Source: Armatimonadota bacterium
GTDB taxonomy: Bacteria > Armatimonadota > Fimbriimonadia > Fimbriimonadales > Fimbriimonadaceae
Direction: 5' to 3'
DNA length: 64,000 nt
Assembly (NCBI GenBank): GCA_018268255.1
Contig: JAFDWX010000008.1
Location: forward strand, 27,269-91,268
Part shown: one piece after another, positions 40,170 through 49,294 of the stretch
Layout: each line of letters begins with the position of its first letter
Numbering within the stretch: the first letter of the stretch is position 1
Program-made: the position numbers and the translations under genes
Notes under the pieces: generated by a model
What the model was told of the DNA's origin: nothing
Seen by the model: the letters and a program-made list of their open reading frames with translations, nothing else
Databases searched by the model: none

Positions 40170-42077
40170 TTACCCCTGCTGCGCCCGCAGTGATTCGAGC
40201 TGTTCGGCGAGTTCCGACCATTTTCCGAGAGCTCGATCCAATGCTGTCGCGCACTCTTGGTAAGACGTTGCGAGCGCGAGGTGATCGGCATCTGGTTCGG
40301 CATCGGCCATTTTGGTTTGGCTGGTTTCCAAATCGCGTTCCCTCTGTGCTACCTCCAACTCGGCCTCATCGACCAACTTGGCAAGGCGTCCGATCTCCTT
40401 GGAGAGTTCGCGAGGCGATAGAGCCGGCTCTTGGACCGCGACTGCGACCTGTGATGCGACAGATTTCGTTTGGGACGGAGGAGCGACCTTTCGGTTTCGA
40501 TAATCTGCATAACCCCCGGGAAATTGTATGGATTCCCGCTCCCGGACGTCGAGGGTGTGATTGGTCACTTGTTCAAGCAACCATCGGTCGTGCGATACGA
40601 GAATCAAGGTTCCTGTGAACTCCCGGAGCACTTCGGCAAGAGCCTCACGGCTGCCCATGTCCAGGTGGTTCGTCGGCTCGTCCAACACCAAGACGTTTGG
40701 CTGAAGTCCTGTAAGCAAAGCAAGTTGGACCTTGTTGCGCTCGCCACCGCTCAGGGTCTTTATCGGGCGCGTTGCGTCGTCACCGGTCAGCAAGAATTTG
40801 CCTAATAGATCGCGGGCTTGGGGGAACTGGATCCCGAGCGTATCGCTCACCACGATCATCGGCGATAGATCCGCGTCCAAGATATCGAAGTCCTGGCTGA
40901 AGTACCCCAGGTCCACGTTCGACCCTTGTCGGACCGTGCCGGTTGTAGGTTCAAGCTCTTTCAGCAGCAGTTTAAGCAGCGTGGACTTTCCCGCTCCGTT
41001 CTGGCCGATGACACCCCATCGCTCTCCCCACCGCACTGTCCACGAGAGCTGGTTCAGCAGGTGGCGGTCTCCCAACTGGATGGAGAGGTCCTTGACTTCA
41101 AAAACCAGATCACCCGATCGCTTGGTCGGTTTGAGGGTCGTGCGGATGCCCTTGTCGTGGGTCGGAGCATGGACTGATGTTGCGCGCAGTTTTTCAAGCT
41201 GTTTGAGGCGTCCCCGCGCTTGAGCCGTTCGCTGGCTGTTCATGAAGCGCCTCACGTACTCATCGAGTTTGGCCATCTGCTCGGATTGCTTTTTGGCAAT
41301 CGCAGCCTGCCGCGCTTCATCTTCGGCGCGGAGTCGGACGTATTCGTCGTAGTTGCCCGGGTACGAACGAGTGCTGCCTTCTCGCAGTTCGACGACCCGC
41401 CCAACTGTGTTTTGCAGGAACCTTCGATCGTGGCTGATCAATAGCACCGCGCCGTGATAACCTCGGATCCAGCCTTCAAGCCACTCCGTCGCTTCCAGAT
41501 CAAGGTGGTTTGTGGGCTCATCGAGAATCAGGAGATCGGGTTCTTCGAGCAACAGCCGCGCGAGGATGAGGCGCGTTCTCTCGCCTCCTGAAAGTTTGTC
41601 AACGGGCTTGTCGTACTCGCTCTCGTCAAACCCCATCCGCGAGAGGACAACCTTGAGATCGGTCTCCACGGAGTACCCGCCTTCGGAGAAAAAGTGCTCG
41701 TGGAGCCGCGCATATTCATTGAGGACATCGTCCGTGGGATGCGTTTCCAGTTGCTCCTCAAGTGCCTTGAGTCGATTTCTCGTCTCCACAAGCTGGGCTC
41801 TGGCATCCTCGGCCGCTTGGAGGACCGTGACGTGCTCAGGGAGCGTGCTGTCCTGGCTGAGATAGCCGATTTGCACTCCGGGCGAAATCTGAATGGAGCC
41901 GCTATCCGGCTCGTGGAGTCCCATCACGGTTTTGATGAGCGTTGATTTGCCAGTTCCGTTGTTGCCCACCAAGGCAACCTTTTCGGCACGGTCTACCCAG
42001 AGATCGGCGCTTTGAAGGATAGTTTCGCCGAGAAACTCTTTGTGGAGACCACGAATTCGAAGCAACATGGAAGGCAC
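40170..42077 (-). CDS. ABC-F family ATPase (EttA/Uup-like, two ABC domains, no TM)
   Basis: Two Walker A motifs (GNNGTGKST, GQNGAGKST), two LSGGE signature motifs and a C-terminal coiled coil. Confidence 0.85.
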   Translation of the reverse strand: MPSMLLRIRGLHKEFLGETILQSADLWVDRAEKVALVGNNGTGKSTLIKTVMGLHEPDSGSIQISPGVQIGYLSQDSTLPEHVTVLQAAEDARAQLVETRNRLKALEEQLETHPTDDVLNEYARLHEHFFSEGGYSVETDLKVVLSRMGFDESEYDKPVDKLSGGERTRLILARLLLEEPDLLILDEPTNHLDLEATEWLEGWIRGYHGAVLLISHDRRFLQNTVGRVVELREGSTRSYPGNYDEYVRLRAEDEARQAAIAKKQSEQMAKLDEYVRRFMNSQRTAQARGRLKQLEKLRATSVHAPTHDKGIRTTLKPTKRSGDLVFEVKDLSIQLGDRHLLNQLSWTVRWGERWGVIGQNGAGKSTLLKLLLKELEPTTGTVRQGSNVDLGYFSQDFDILDADLSPMIVVSDTLGIQFPQARDLLGKFLLTGDDATRPIKTLSGGERNKVQLALLTGLQPNVLVLDEPTNHLDMGSREALAEVLREFTGTLILVSHDRWLLEQVTNHTLDVRERESIQFPGGYADYRNRKVAPPSQTKSVASQVAVAVQEPALSPRELSKEIGRLAKLVDEAELEVAQRERDLETSQTKMADAEPDADHLALATSYQECATALDRALGKWSELAEQLESLRAQQG

Positions 42078-42150
42078 GATTGTACTTTGTTGGTCGGAAC
42101 CGTCGGGGCCGGGTCGAAACTGCAGATTTAGGGTACATTTTCTTCACTTC

Positions 42151-42236
42151 GCCGGGGTGGCGGAATGGTAGACGCGGCGGTCTCAAACACCGTTGAGCTC
42201 AAACTCATGTGGGTTCGAGTCCCACCCCCGGCACCA
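42151..42236 (+). tRNA. tRNA-Leu (anticodon CAA), CCA encoded
   Basis: Acceptor gccgggg/ccccggc, anticodon arm gcggt-ctCAAac-accgt, a long variable arm, and T-arm gtggg-ttcgagt-cccac. Confidence 0.85.
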
Positions 42237-42250
42237 CCCGTCCATTTAAA

Positions 42251-42763
42251 GTGGCCCAACCCAGCCTCTTCCAAGCCGAAAGTCTCGTCGAGCAGGCTCA
42301 ATTCATGCTCGATGAAGCATTCTTGCGTTTTCCCATCAAGAAGAAGCCTCTCATCGAGTGGCGACCCTATCGGACGACGGCAGGGAGAGCAGCATTCAAG
42401 GCGAATGCAATCTTGCTTTCATCGCTGGTGCTCACTGATTCCGAAAAGCTCAGAGACACACTCCTCCACGAATATGCGCACCTTCTCGCCTTCCACCGCG
42501 AAGGAAAGGCTGCAATGAACCACGGCCTGGCTTGGCAGCAGGCAATGCGAGATCTGGGAGTGGAGCCTGAGCGAACCCATAAGTACGACTGCAAGCGCAA
42601 CCAAAGTAGGCAAGTGGTGATCTATCGGTGCGATAAGTGCGGATCGACGTTTCCCAGAAAGCGCCGATTGCCACAGCGACGGGCCTATCTCCATCGCGAT
42701 TGCGGAGGCAAGATCAAGCTTCACGGAGTTGAACCTAGAAAAGGTGACTGCGACGAGCCGTAG
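42251..42763 (+). CDS. SprT-like zinc metalloprotease family protein
   Basis: HEYAHLLAFH (HExxH) plus a C-terminal zinc ribbon (CDKCGS...CGGK). The start was placed at GTG 42251 because the longer ORF would overlap tRNA-Leu. Confidence 0.6.
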   Translation: MAQPSLFQAESLVEQAQFMLDEAFLRFPIKKKPLIEWRPYRTTAGRAAFKANAILLSSLVLTDSEKLRDTLLHEYAHLLAFHREGKAAMNHGLAWQQAMRDLGVEPERTHKYDCKRNQSRQVVIYRCDKCGSTFPRKRRLPQRRAYLHRDCGGKIKLHGVEPRKGDCDEP

Positions 42764-42799
42764 AATCAATCCGTAGTAGCGTTCGAGAATCGAAAGCCA

Positions 42800-44365
42800 A
42801 TGTGGATTGCAGACGCCGCGCGAAGTCGTGAAATGGACCGGATAGCCACTGAGGAATTTGGTGTGCCCGCAATGGTCTTGATGGAGCGCGCTGGCCTCGC
42901 AGTCTTCGACGCGCTCATGAAGATGTTGCCGGAAGGCGGCAGGATCACAATCTTTTGCGGCAAGGGCAATAACGGCGGTGACGGCTTGGTCGTGTCGCGA
43001 CATGCTCTCAAGAACGGCTTCCATGTGGATTGCTTGATGGCGTGCCTCGAAGATCAACTCACGCCGGACACAGCCACCCAGCTCGCCGTAAGTCGAGCGC
43101 AAGGCGTAAATCCAATTTTCTACGATGATGCGCGTTGGTTGCGAAAAGCAGACTGCGTGGGATGCCGCGACCTTATTGTGGATGCACTTCTTGGCACCGG
43201 CGCTAAAGGCGAAGTGCACGGACCGATTGCCGAGTCGATCCATGCCATCAACCGCAGTGGGGTTCCCGTGGTCAGCGTCGATGTTCCTAGCGGTATCGAA
43301 ACCGATTCGGGTGAGGATCTTGGCGAAAGCGTTTGGGCCCTGCGAACCGTCACGTTCGGGCTCCCCAAGCCGTTCCTGTTTCAGGGGATCGGCCTAGAGC
43401 ACTCCGGATTCTGGAGCGTTTCGGATATCGGGATGCCCCGCAGTCTGCTGGAGGAGCCGACCGATGCTCGATTGGTCGATCATCACTTCGTCGGCAACCT
43501 TGTTCCCGAGAGATTGAGAGCGAGCCATAAAGGCGACAATGGCCGGGTCCTGATCGTGGCTGGATCGGCGAGAATGCCGGGTGCAGCGACCCTTTCCTGC
43601 ATGGGAGCCATCCGCAGTGGCGGTGGCCTTGTCACTTTGGCCTCGGTGCCGTCTGCGTGCTCCGTGCTTGCTCATCATGTTCCAGAAGCGCTCCTGATGC
43701 CCTTGCCCGACACCGACGGCTGGCTTGGTTCCGCTGCCGCGGAGGCGCTTCTTCCTCATCTCGGATGTTTCGACAGCATCTTGATCGGACCCGGCTTGGG
43801 TGCTAACGAGCATTCGCGAGCCTTTATGGAGGTCCTGGTTCCGGCATTGGACCATCTGGTTTGTCTCGATGCAGACGCGTTGAACTTGGTGAGTGAAGGA
43901 GTCAAGCTTCCAACGTGCCCAACAGTGATGACTCCACATCCTGGTGAAATGAGCCGGTTGCTCTCCATGAGCACGGCGGAGGTTCAAACGAACCGGTTCG
44001 AAACCGTTAAGCAAGCGGTGATGCAGTTCGAGTGCGCGATCCTCCTCAAAGGGCCCTATAGCATCATCGGTGACGTGATGCAGCCCTTGAGCGTGAACTC
44101 AAGCGGCAATCCGGGTATGGCTTGCGGAGGAATGGGCGATGTGCTCAGCGGGATTGTCACCACGCTGCTTGCGCAGGACCTGCCTCCTTACTTGGCCGCG
44201 ACTTGTGGTGCATTCTGGCATGGACTTGCGGGAGACCTTTGCGCGGCAGAAATTGGCCCGATTGGCTTCACCGCGACCGATCTTGCGAAAAAACTGCCTG
44301 AAGCCCGGGTAAAAATAACGGCAACTTGCGACGCACCTACTTATTCCTGTGTGCATCAGCCCTGA
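42800..44365 (+). CDS. nnr: bifunctional NAD(P)H-hydrate epimerase / ADP-dependent dehydratase (YjeF_N + YjeF_C)
   Basis: YjeF_N motif GKGNNGGDGLVVSRHA. The C-terminal carbohydrate-kinase-like domain carries the GGG...GMACGGMGDVLSG motif. Confidence 0.8.
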   Translation: MWIADAARSREMDRIATEEFGVPAMVLMERAGLAVFDALMKMLPEGGRITIFCGKGNNGGDGLVVSRHALKNGFHVDCLMACLEDQLTPDTATQLAVSRAQGVNPIFYDDARWLRKADCVGCRDLIVDALLGTGAKGEVHGPIAESIHAINRSGVPVVSVDVPSGIETDSGEDLGESVWALRTVTFGLPKPFLFQGIGLEHSGFWSVSDIGMPRSLLEEPTDARLVDHHFVGNLVPERLRASHKGDNGRVLIVAGSARMPGAATLSCMGAIRSGGGLVTLASVPSACSVLAHHVPEALLMPLPDTDGWLGSAAAEALLPHLGCFDSILIGPGLGANEHSRAFMEVLVPALDHLVCLDADALNLVSEGVKLPTCPTVMTPHPGEMSRLLSMSTAEVQTNRFETVKQAVMQFECAILLKGPYSIIGDVMQPLSVNSSGNPGMACGGMGDVLSGIVTTLLAQDLPPYLAATCGAFWHGLAGDLCAAEIGPIGFTATDLAKKLPEARVKITATCDAPTYSCVHQP

Positions 44366-45552
44366 GCTTGGCGCTCAGCGCCTGTGCTATTGCTGATTTG
44401 GTAATCCAGCTGCCCCCGAACACTGCCGGAGTAGCTTGGATCGCAACCTCCAAGGACCTAGCCAATTCAGACCCCTCCTCCGAGTGGCAGTCCGATCCGA
44501 AAACGTTCGCCATCACGATTCCCGATGACAAGCTCGCCAGCGAAAAAGTTGTGGCCGTTGTCTCCGAGGCGAATACCATGGCCACTTTGCCAGCCAAATC
44601 GGGAAAGGTCGGACTCAAGGCGGCCGATTTCAAGCTGGTAGCCAAGGTCCAGGTCAAGTTTGAAGATGCAGGCGAAGGCATATCCAGTGGTTCTGCCACG
44701 TTGTCATCGAAATCCAAAAAGTTCGAGTCGCTGATCGGCTCGCAAGACGGTGGAGAAGCGACATTTTGGGGAGTCGAGCCGAATTCGGCCTATACGGCAA
44801 CCCTCAAGTACAAGGATGGCGATCAGACGAAGGAGTTCACCAGTCCGGCTATCGGTGTCTCACTTGAGCAAGCGAAAAATGGAGCGTGGTTTGGGTTCAG
44901 GCTCTCTGATCGGAAACCTGCTCCCAAGGAAGCCTCGAAAGATGCTCAGAAAAAGAAGAAGCCCGCAGCGCCAGCCAAGCCAGAAGCTGGCGCTCCAAAG
45001 TGGTTCACGTATCTGCTGGGTCTCGTGTTAGGATTGGGCGTTATCTACACTTTCTACCGCTTAGTGTTGGCCAACCGAGATGCGATCGACAAACGCCTTA
45101 GCCAAATGGGCGTAGCCATCCCAACCGATCCTGATCCTAATGCTCAGACCTCAGCGACGATCGATCCGACAGTGCCCAAGCCTGTCCAGCCGATCATCCT
45201 CGGTGATGCGGACCCGACGCCTCTTACCGGACCGGTTGCGGTCCCAATTCAAGGGATGCAGCAAACCGCTCCCGATCCGCGGCTGACGGGAACCAAGTCG
45301 ATGTTCTCTCTGTACAACGGATCCTTCGTCGTGGGCCGAGATGCGACTGCCGATTTTCCCCTTGCAGACGAATCCAGCCTGTCTCGGAGACACGCCCAAC
45401 TCGACTTTTTACATGGGCGATTGACCGTGACCGACCTCGGGAGCACGAACGGGACGTATCTTAATGGGCAAAAGGTTGAAGGAGGCCCGACCGAAGTGCC
45501 GGTCGGCTCCGTCCTTCAGTTTGGGGCTGTTCAGTTCCGATACGAAGAATAG
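44326..45552 (+). CDS. FHA-domain lipoprotein with a TM anchor
   Basis: Lipobox LALSAC, a Lys/Ala/Pro-rich linker, a TM, and a C-terminal FHA domain (VVGRDATADFPL...SRRHAQL...TDLGSTNGTYLNG). Confidence 0.7.
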   Translation: MRRTYLFLCASALSLALSACAIADLVIQLPPNTAGVAWIATSKDLANSDPSSEWQSDPKTFAITIPDDKLASEKVVAVVSEANTMATLPAKSGKVGLKAADFKLVAKVQVKFEDAGEGISSGSATLSSKSKKFESLIGSQDGGEATFWGVEPNSAYTATLKYKDGDQTKEFTSPAIGVSLEQAKNGAWFGFRLSDRKPAPKEASKDAQKKKKPAAPAKPEAGAPKWFTYLLGLVLGLGVIYTFYRLVLANRDAIDKRLSQMGVAIPTDPDPNAQTSATIDPTVPKPVQPIILGDADPTPLTGPVAVPIQGMQQTAPDPRLTGTKSMFSLYNGSFVVGRDATADFPLADESSLSRRHAQLDFLHGRLTVTDLGSTNGTYLNGQKVEGGPTEVPVGSVLQFGAVQFRYEE

Positions 45553-46926
45553 ATGATTTCGCGCGCGCTATCGCTTTTGGTTGCCGGAGCGCTCGGGGCG
45601 TTTTTGGCCTGGGCGATTGTGGAACCGTTTGCCCCATCCTCGCAGGGAGGTGCCTGGCAGGTGTTCGAGTGGGCACTTTCGGCTGCTCTCGGGTTCTTGG
45701 TGGGCGGAGGTATTGGATTGGTTTCCGGCTACTTTCAGGGATCTCGGACCCACACCGTCCGTGGATTTCTCAACGGTGCTCTGATCGGACTTTGCGTTGG
45801 CCCCATCGGGGTCAGCCTTGGAGGAGCTATTTTTGCTCCGTTCGCAGCGATGAGCACGATGTCCGGCGGGATGTGGATCCGCGTTATCGGTCGCGCCATG
45901 GCATTCTCCGTGTTTGGCGGATTGTTGGGATTGGCGGAAGGAGCCATCGGAAAATCCTCCAAGCGAGCAGTACAGGGAATGGTGGGCGGAATTCTGGGAG
46001 GCTTCCTGGGAGGCTTGGTTTTCGAGTGGATTGCCATTTTCGCGTCCCAACCTCTCTCGGGCGGCACCGCTGGCAAAGAGATCGGCGCGATCCCGCGAGC
46101 GGTTTCGCTAACCACCGTCGGTGCCGGAATCGGACTCATGATCGGACTCGTCGAGGCGCTGGCCCGAAGTGCTTGGGTCCGACTCATTGTGGGACGCAAC
46201 GAGGGCAAAGAGTGGCCTGTGGACGCGAATGAGACATTCATCGGGCGCGACGAGCGAGCCCATATCCCACTTTTCGGCGACCCCAACGTCGCAGCCTATC
46301 ACGCGAAGATTGTCAAAGATCGCGGCCAGTATGTTTTGGTCGATGCAGGAAGCCCGCTCGGAGTCGGCCACAACGGATCGCGTGTGGGGCAGGCTCTGCT
46401 TGTCTCCGGCGACATGATCCAAATCGGCTCGCATCAACTTCAGTTCATGCTCAAATCGGGCCAGATGAAGCGATTGCCCCAGGTGGAGCGGTTCCAGCCT
46501 CAGCCGATCCAACCAGCTCAAGTTCAAGGGCAGCAGCCAGCGGGAGTCCCCGCAGGCGTTCCGATGGCAATGCCGATGCAGGTTCAACAGCCGGTCCCGC
46601 TCAATCCAACGGTCGCTATGCCAGCTCAGCAGGCAACCCCAGCCGCGCCGAGTCTTGCGGTGGTTGCCGGTCCGCTCTCGGGGCAGAAGTTCACGGTCAC
46701 CCAGAACATAGAGATCGGGCGCGAGTCACCGATTATTCCACTAGGCTTTGATTCCGGAGTCTCTCGTCGGCACGCGAGCGTGGCTCCCGCGGCCGGCGGC
46801 GTGCAAGTCACCGACTTGGGCAGCACCAACGGCACCTTGGTCAATGGCGCACGGATTCAACAGATCATCGCTCGAATTGGAGACACTATTCAGATCGGAT
46901 CGACCACATTTCGCGTCGAACAATAG
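45553..46926 (+). CDS. polytopic membrane protein with two cytoplasmic FHA domains
   Basis: About 6 Gly-rich TM helices, then FHA 1 (FIGRDERAHIPL...GSPLGVGHNGSRV), a PQ-rich linker and FHA 2 (IGRESPIIPL...SRRHASV...LGSTNGTLVNG). Confidence 0.7.
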   Translation: MISRALSLLVAGALGAFLAWAIVEPFAPSSQGGAWQVFEWALSAALGFLVGGGIGLVSGYFQGSRTHTVRGFLNGALIGLCVGPIGVSLGGAIFAPFAAMSTMSGGMWIRVIGRAMAFSVFGGLLGLAEGAIGKSSKRAVQGMVGGILGGFLGGLVFEWIAIFASQPLSGGTAGKEIGAIPRAVSLTTVGAGIGLMIGLVEALARSAWVRLIVGRNEGKEWPVDANETFIGRDERAHIPLFGDPNVAAYHAKIVKDRGQYVLVDAGSPLGVGHNGSRVGQALLVSGDMIQIGSHQLQFMLKSGQMKRLPQVERFQPQPIQPAQVQGQQPAGVPAGVPMAMPMQVQQPVPLNPTVAMPAQQATPAAPSLAVVAGPLSGQKFTVTQNIEIGRESPIIPLGFDSGVSRRHASVAPAAGGVQVTDLGSTNGTLVNGARIQQIIARIGDTIQIGSTTFRVEQ

Positions 46927-46943
46927 AATTACCCAGGCACCCC

Positions 46944-48326
46944 ATGGACCAGACCCAAGCATTCGACCCCAACAAAACAGTCATGGCTTCCGGCGACCCG
47001 ATGCGGACGCAGGCGATGACAGCCATGCCCGGTTTCGATCCGAACAAAACATCGGCAATGACGGGACTGGCTCCCGGCGTCACTGTTAGCATCACTCCAA
47101 GCCGAAAGGCGACGATGGCGAACGGCCCTGCCAGCGAGCAGTTTTTGATTGAAGTCTATGCGGGCGCAGGAGATGTTCTGCCGGGTGCTGGAATCGCGGG
47201 CCCACGGACCCCTCTGAACCTTTGTCTGGTGCTCGATCGGTCCGGTTCGATGGAAGGCATGCCGATGGAGTATGCCAAGCAAGCTTGCTCCTATGTCGTG
47301 GACATGCTAGGCCCCAACGATGTCCTTTCGATCGTTACGTTTGAGGAGGTTGTCGAGGTGCTCATGCCGCCTCAGCGTGTGACGCAGAAGCAGCCCATCA
47401 AAGATGGGATCATGCGGCTCGCGGTGGGGAACACCACCAACCTCTATGATGGTCTTCAACTGGCAATGAACCAGGTGGCTTCCGTCAACGATGGAGCTCG
47501 TGCCACACGCATCGTAGTGTTGACGGATGGGGAGCCCACGGCCGGTATCAAAGATTTCACAGCGTTGGTTCAACACGCGGGAGAAGCAAAGAACCGAGGC
47601 ATAACGTGCACATTTTTGGGCTTTGGCCCCGAGTACAACGAGGAGCTCCTCGCCTCCATGGCCAAGCGCGCAGGCGGGAACTATTACTACATTCCGGACC
47701 CGAGGCTGATTCCGGAAGTGTTTCGAGGCGAGTTGGAGAAGCTCCTAAACGTCGCCGCCCAGAACCTCAAGATGGAGATCAAGATTGCACGGTGGGTGAA
47801 TTTTCGAAGTGTCCCCGGCCACAACCTGCCTCCCTCTTCCCGTGAAGTTTCGATCAATCTCACCGACTTGGAGCGAGGCGCGATGCTCCAGCAGGTGGTC
47901 GATTTGGAATTCACAAACCATCCGCTAGGTGCCTATCGTGTGGCCAGCGGCACTTTCAGCTACGACGACACCATGAGCGGGCAGAACAAGCGTGTGGAGA
48001 TGGACTTCGTGATGGAGTTCTCTGCGGATGCGGCGCAATACAGCATGCCGGCTGATCCAAAGGTCGCCCAAGCCTATCAGATGGCAGCCGCAAGCAAGGC
48101 CGTCGAGCGGACGATTATGGGTCTCAAGACAGGTCAGATCACAAGCATGGCAGCCATGGACGAACTCCAAAAAACCCAGATGCTCTTGATGCAGGATGGG
48201 AGAGTTTCGGAAGCTCAAGAAGTGACCATGGCCATGCGCGCACTCCAATCAGGGGATTTGGGTGGTGCAGAGAAGACTTTAATGGGAACGATGGTTCAAC
48301 TTGACCAGGGCAAGAAGTCGATTTAG
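46944..48326 (+). CDS. von Willebrand factor type A (vWA) domain protein
   Basis: The MIDAS motif LVLDRSGSM plus the vWA fold pattern (TNLYDGL, VLTDGEPT). Confidence 0.7.
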   Translation: MDQTQAFDPNKTVMASGDPMRTQAMTAMPGFDPNKTSAMTGLAPGVTVSITPSRKATMANGPASEQFLIEVYAGAGDVLPGAGIAGPRTPLNLCLVLDRSGSMEGMPMEYAKQACSYVVDMLGPNDVLSIVTFEEVVEVLMPPQRVTQKQPIKDGIMRLAVGNTTNLYDGLQLAMNQVASVNDGARATRIVVLTDGEPTAGIKDFTALVQHAGEAKNRGITCTFLGFGPEYNEELLASMAKRAGGNYYYIPDPRLIPEVFRGELEKLLNVAAQNLKMEIKIARWVNFRSVPGHNLPPSSREVSINLTDLERGAMLQQVVDLEFTNHPLGAYRVASGTFSYDDTMSGQNKRVEMDFVMEFSADAAQYSMPADPKVAQAYQMAAASKAVERTIMGLKTGQITSMAAMDELQKTQMLLMQDGRVSEAQEVTMAMRALQSGDLGGAEKTLMGTMVQLDQGKKSI

Positions 48327-49294
48327 CGGCCGTTTGCCTGAAATTTCTTCACTTCGGCTTTGGCTGCCATGCACGCCTGACTCGCCGCATTGAGGAGGTT
48401 CTCAAAGGTCGCAACGTAGTGTGTATTTGCGCGTTCCTGCGTCCTTCGCCCACCGCTGATCCCGATACAGAACGTAATGGGTCTTCCCAAGTCGTCAAAG
48501 AGCTCGGCTTCGGCTCGCTCTTGGATCACCATTGCGAGTTGTTCTGCATCCGCACGCAAGCGAAGGGTTCCAACTGCGAACTCGTCGCCACCGTAGCGGA
48601 CGAGGAGATCGGTTCTTGAATCGATGCACTCCCTTAGAAGCGCACTGACTCGGCGCAGCACGCGGTCGCCGACGGCGTGCCCGTATTGCTTGTTGTACAG
48701 GCCAAAATCGTTCAGATCGATAAACAGCAGAGAGATCTCGCTCCCGCTCGAAAGGGCACCGATTGCCCAATCGCGCATTCGGTCGATGCGGCCGAGATTG
48801 GTCAGCGGATCCCAGGTGAATCGATGCTCCTGAAGGAGGATATTTGGCGTCAGCACGCCCAGGAAGCGGTCATCTTCCATCACCAAGGCAAAGTCAAGGT
48901 CCTCCGTGTAGAAACGCTCGGCAGCGCGGGAAATGGCCAAATGGCTGTCCAATACCGGCTGCGGCGGAGCCATCACTTCCGAGAGCTCGACTCCATCCTC
49001 GACGCGCGCGATAGTTTCTGCTGTGACCACCCCCACAACGCGGTTGTTCTCAATGACGGCGAGAGCTTTCACCCGATGCCCAGCCAACAGCACACGCGCC
49101 GCTTTGACGCGGTGAGTTGGATTGAGCCACACCGGTTCTAGTGAAAGGTCCCCTAAATTCCTCATTTCTGTCGAATCAAAACAATCGCTCCGATCCATAG
49201 TAGCCATAGGTGCCCTCTGTTCGGAACAGCGTAAAGTACGTGAGTCGTGGAAAACAGGCCCTTGTACGGATGCCCACTCACTAGACGCTTTCAA
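48323..49294 (-). CDS. CBS-pair + GGDEF diguanylate cyclase
   Basis: The CBS domain is N-terminal. The GGDEF domain contains RYGGDEFAV. Confidence 0.75.
   Translation of the reverse strand: MKASSEWASVQGPVFHDSRTLRCSEQRAPMATMDRSDCFDSTEMRNLGDLSLEPVWLNPTHRVKAARVLLAGHRVKALAVIENNRVVGVVTAETIARVEDGVELSEVMAPPQPVLDSHLAISRAAERFYTEDLDFALVMEDDRFLGVLTPNILLQEHRFTWDPLTNLGRIDRMRDWAIGALSSGSEISLLFIDLNDFGLYNKQYGHAVGDRVLRRVSALLRECIDSRTDLLVRYGGDEFAVGTLRLRADAEQLAMVIQERAEAELFDDLGRPITFCIGISGGRRTQERANTHYVATFENLLNAASQACMAAKAEVKKFQANGR

Noticed and set aside
42209-42250. A longer SprT ORF starting at ATG 42209.
   Set aside because: It would overlap the 3' end of tRNA-Leu (42151-42236). An in-frame GTG at 42251 gives a plausible start just past the tRNA.
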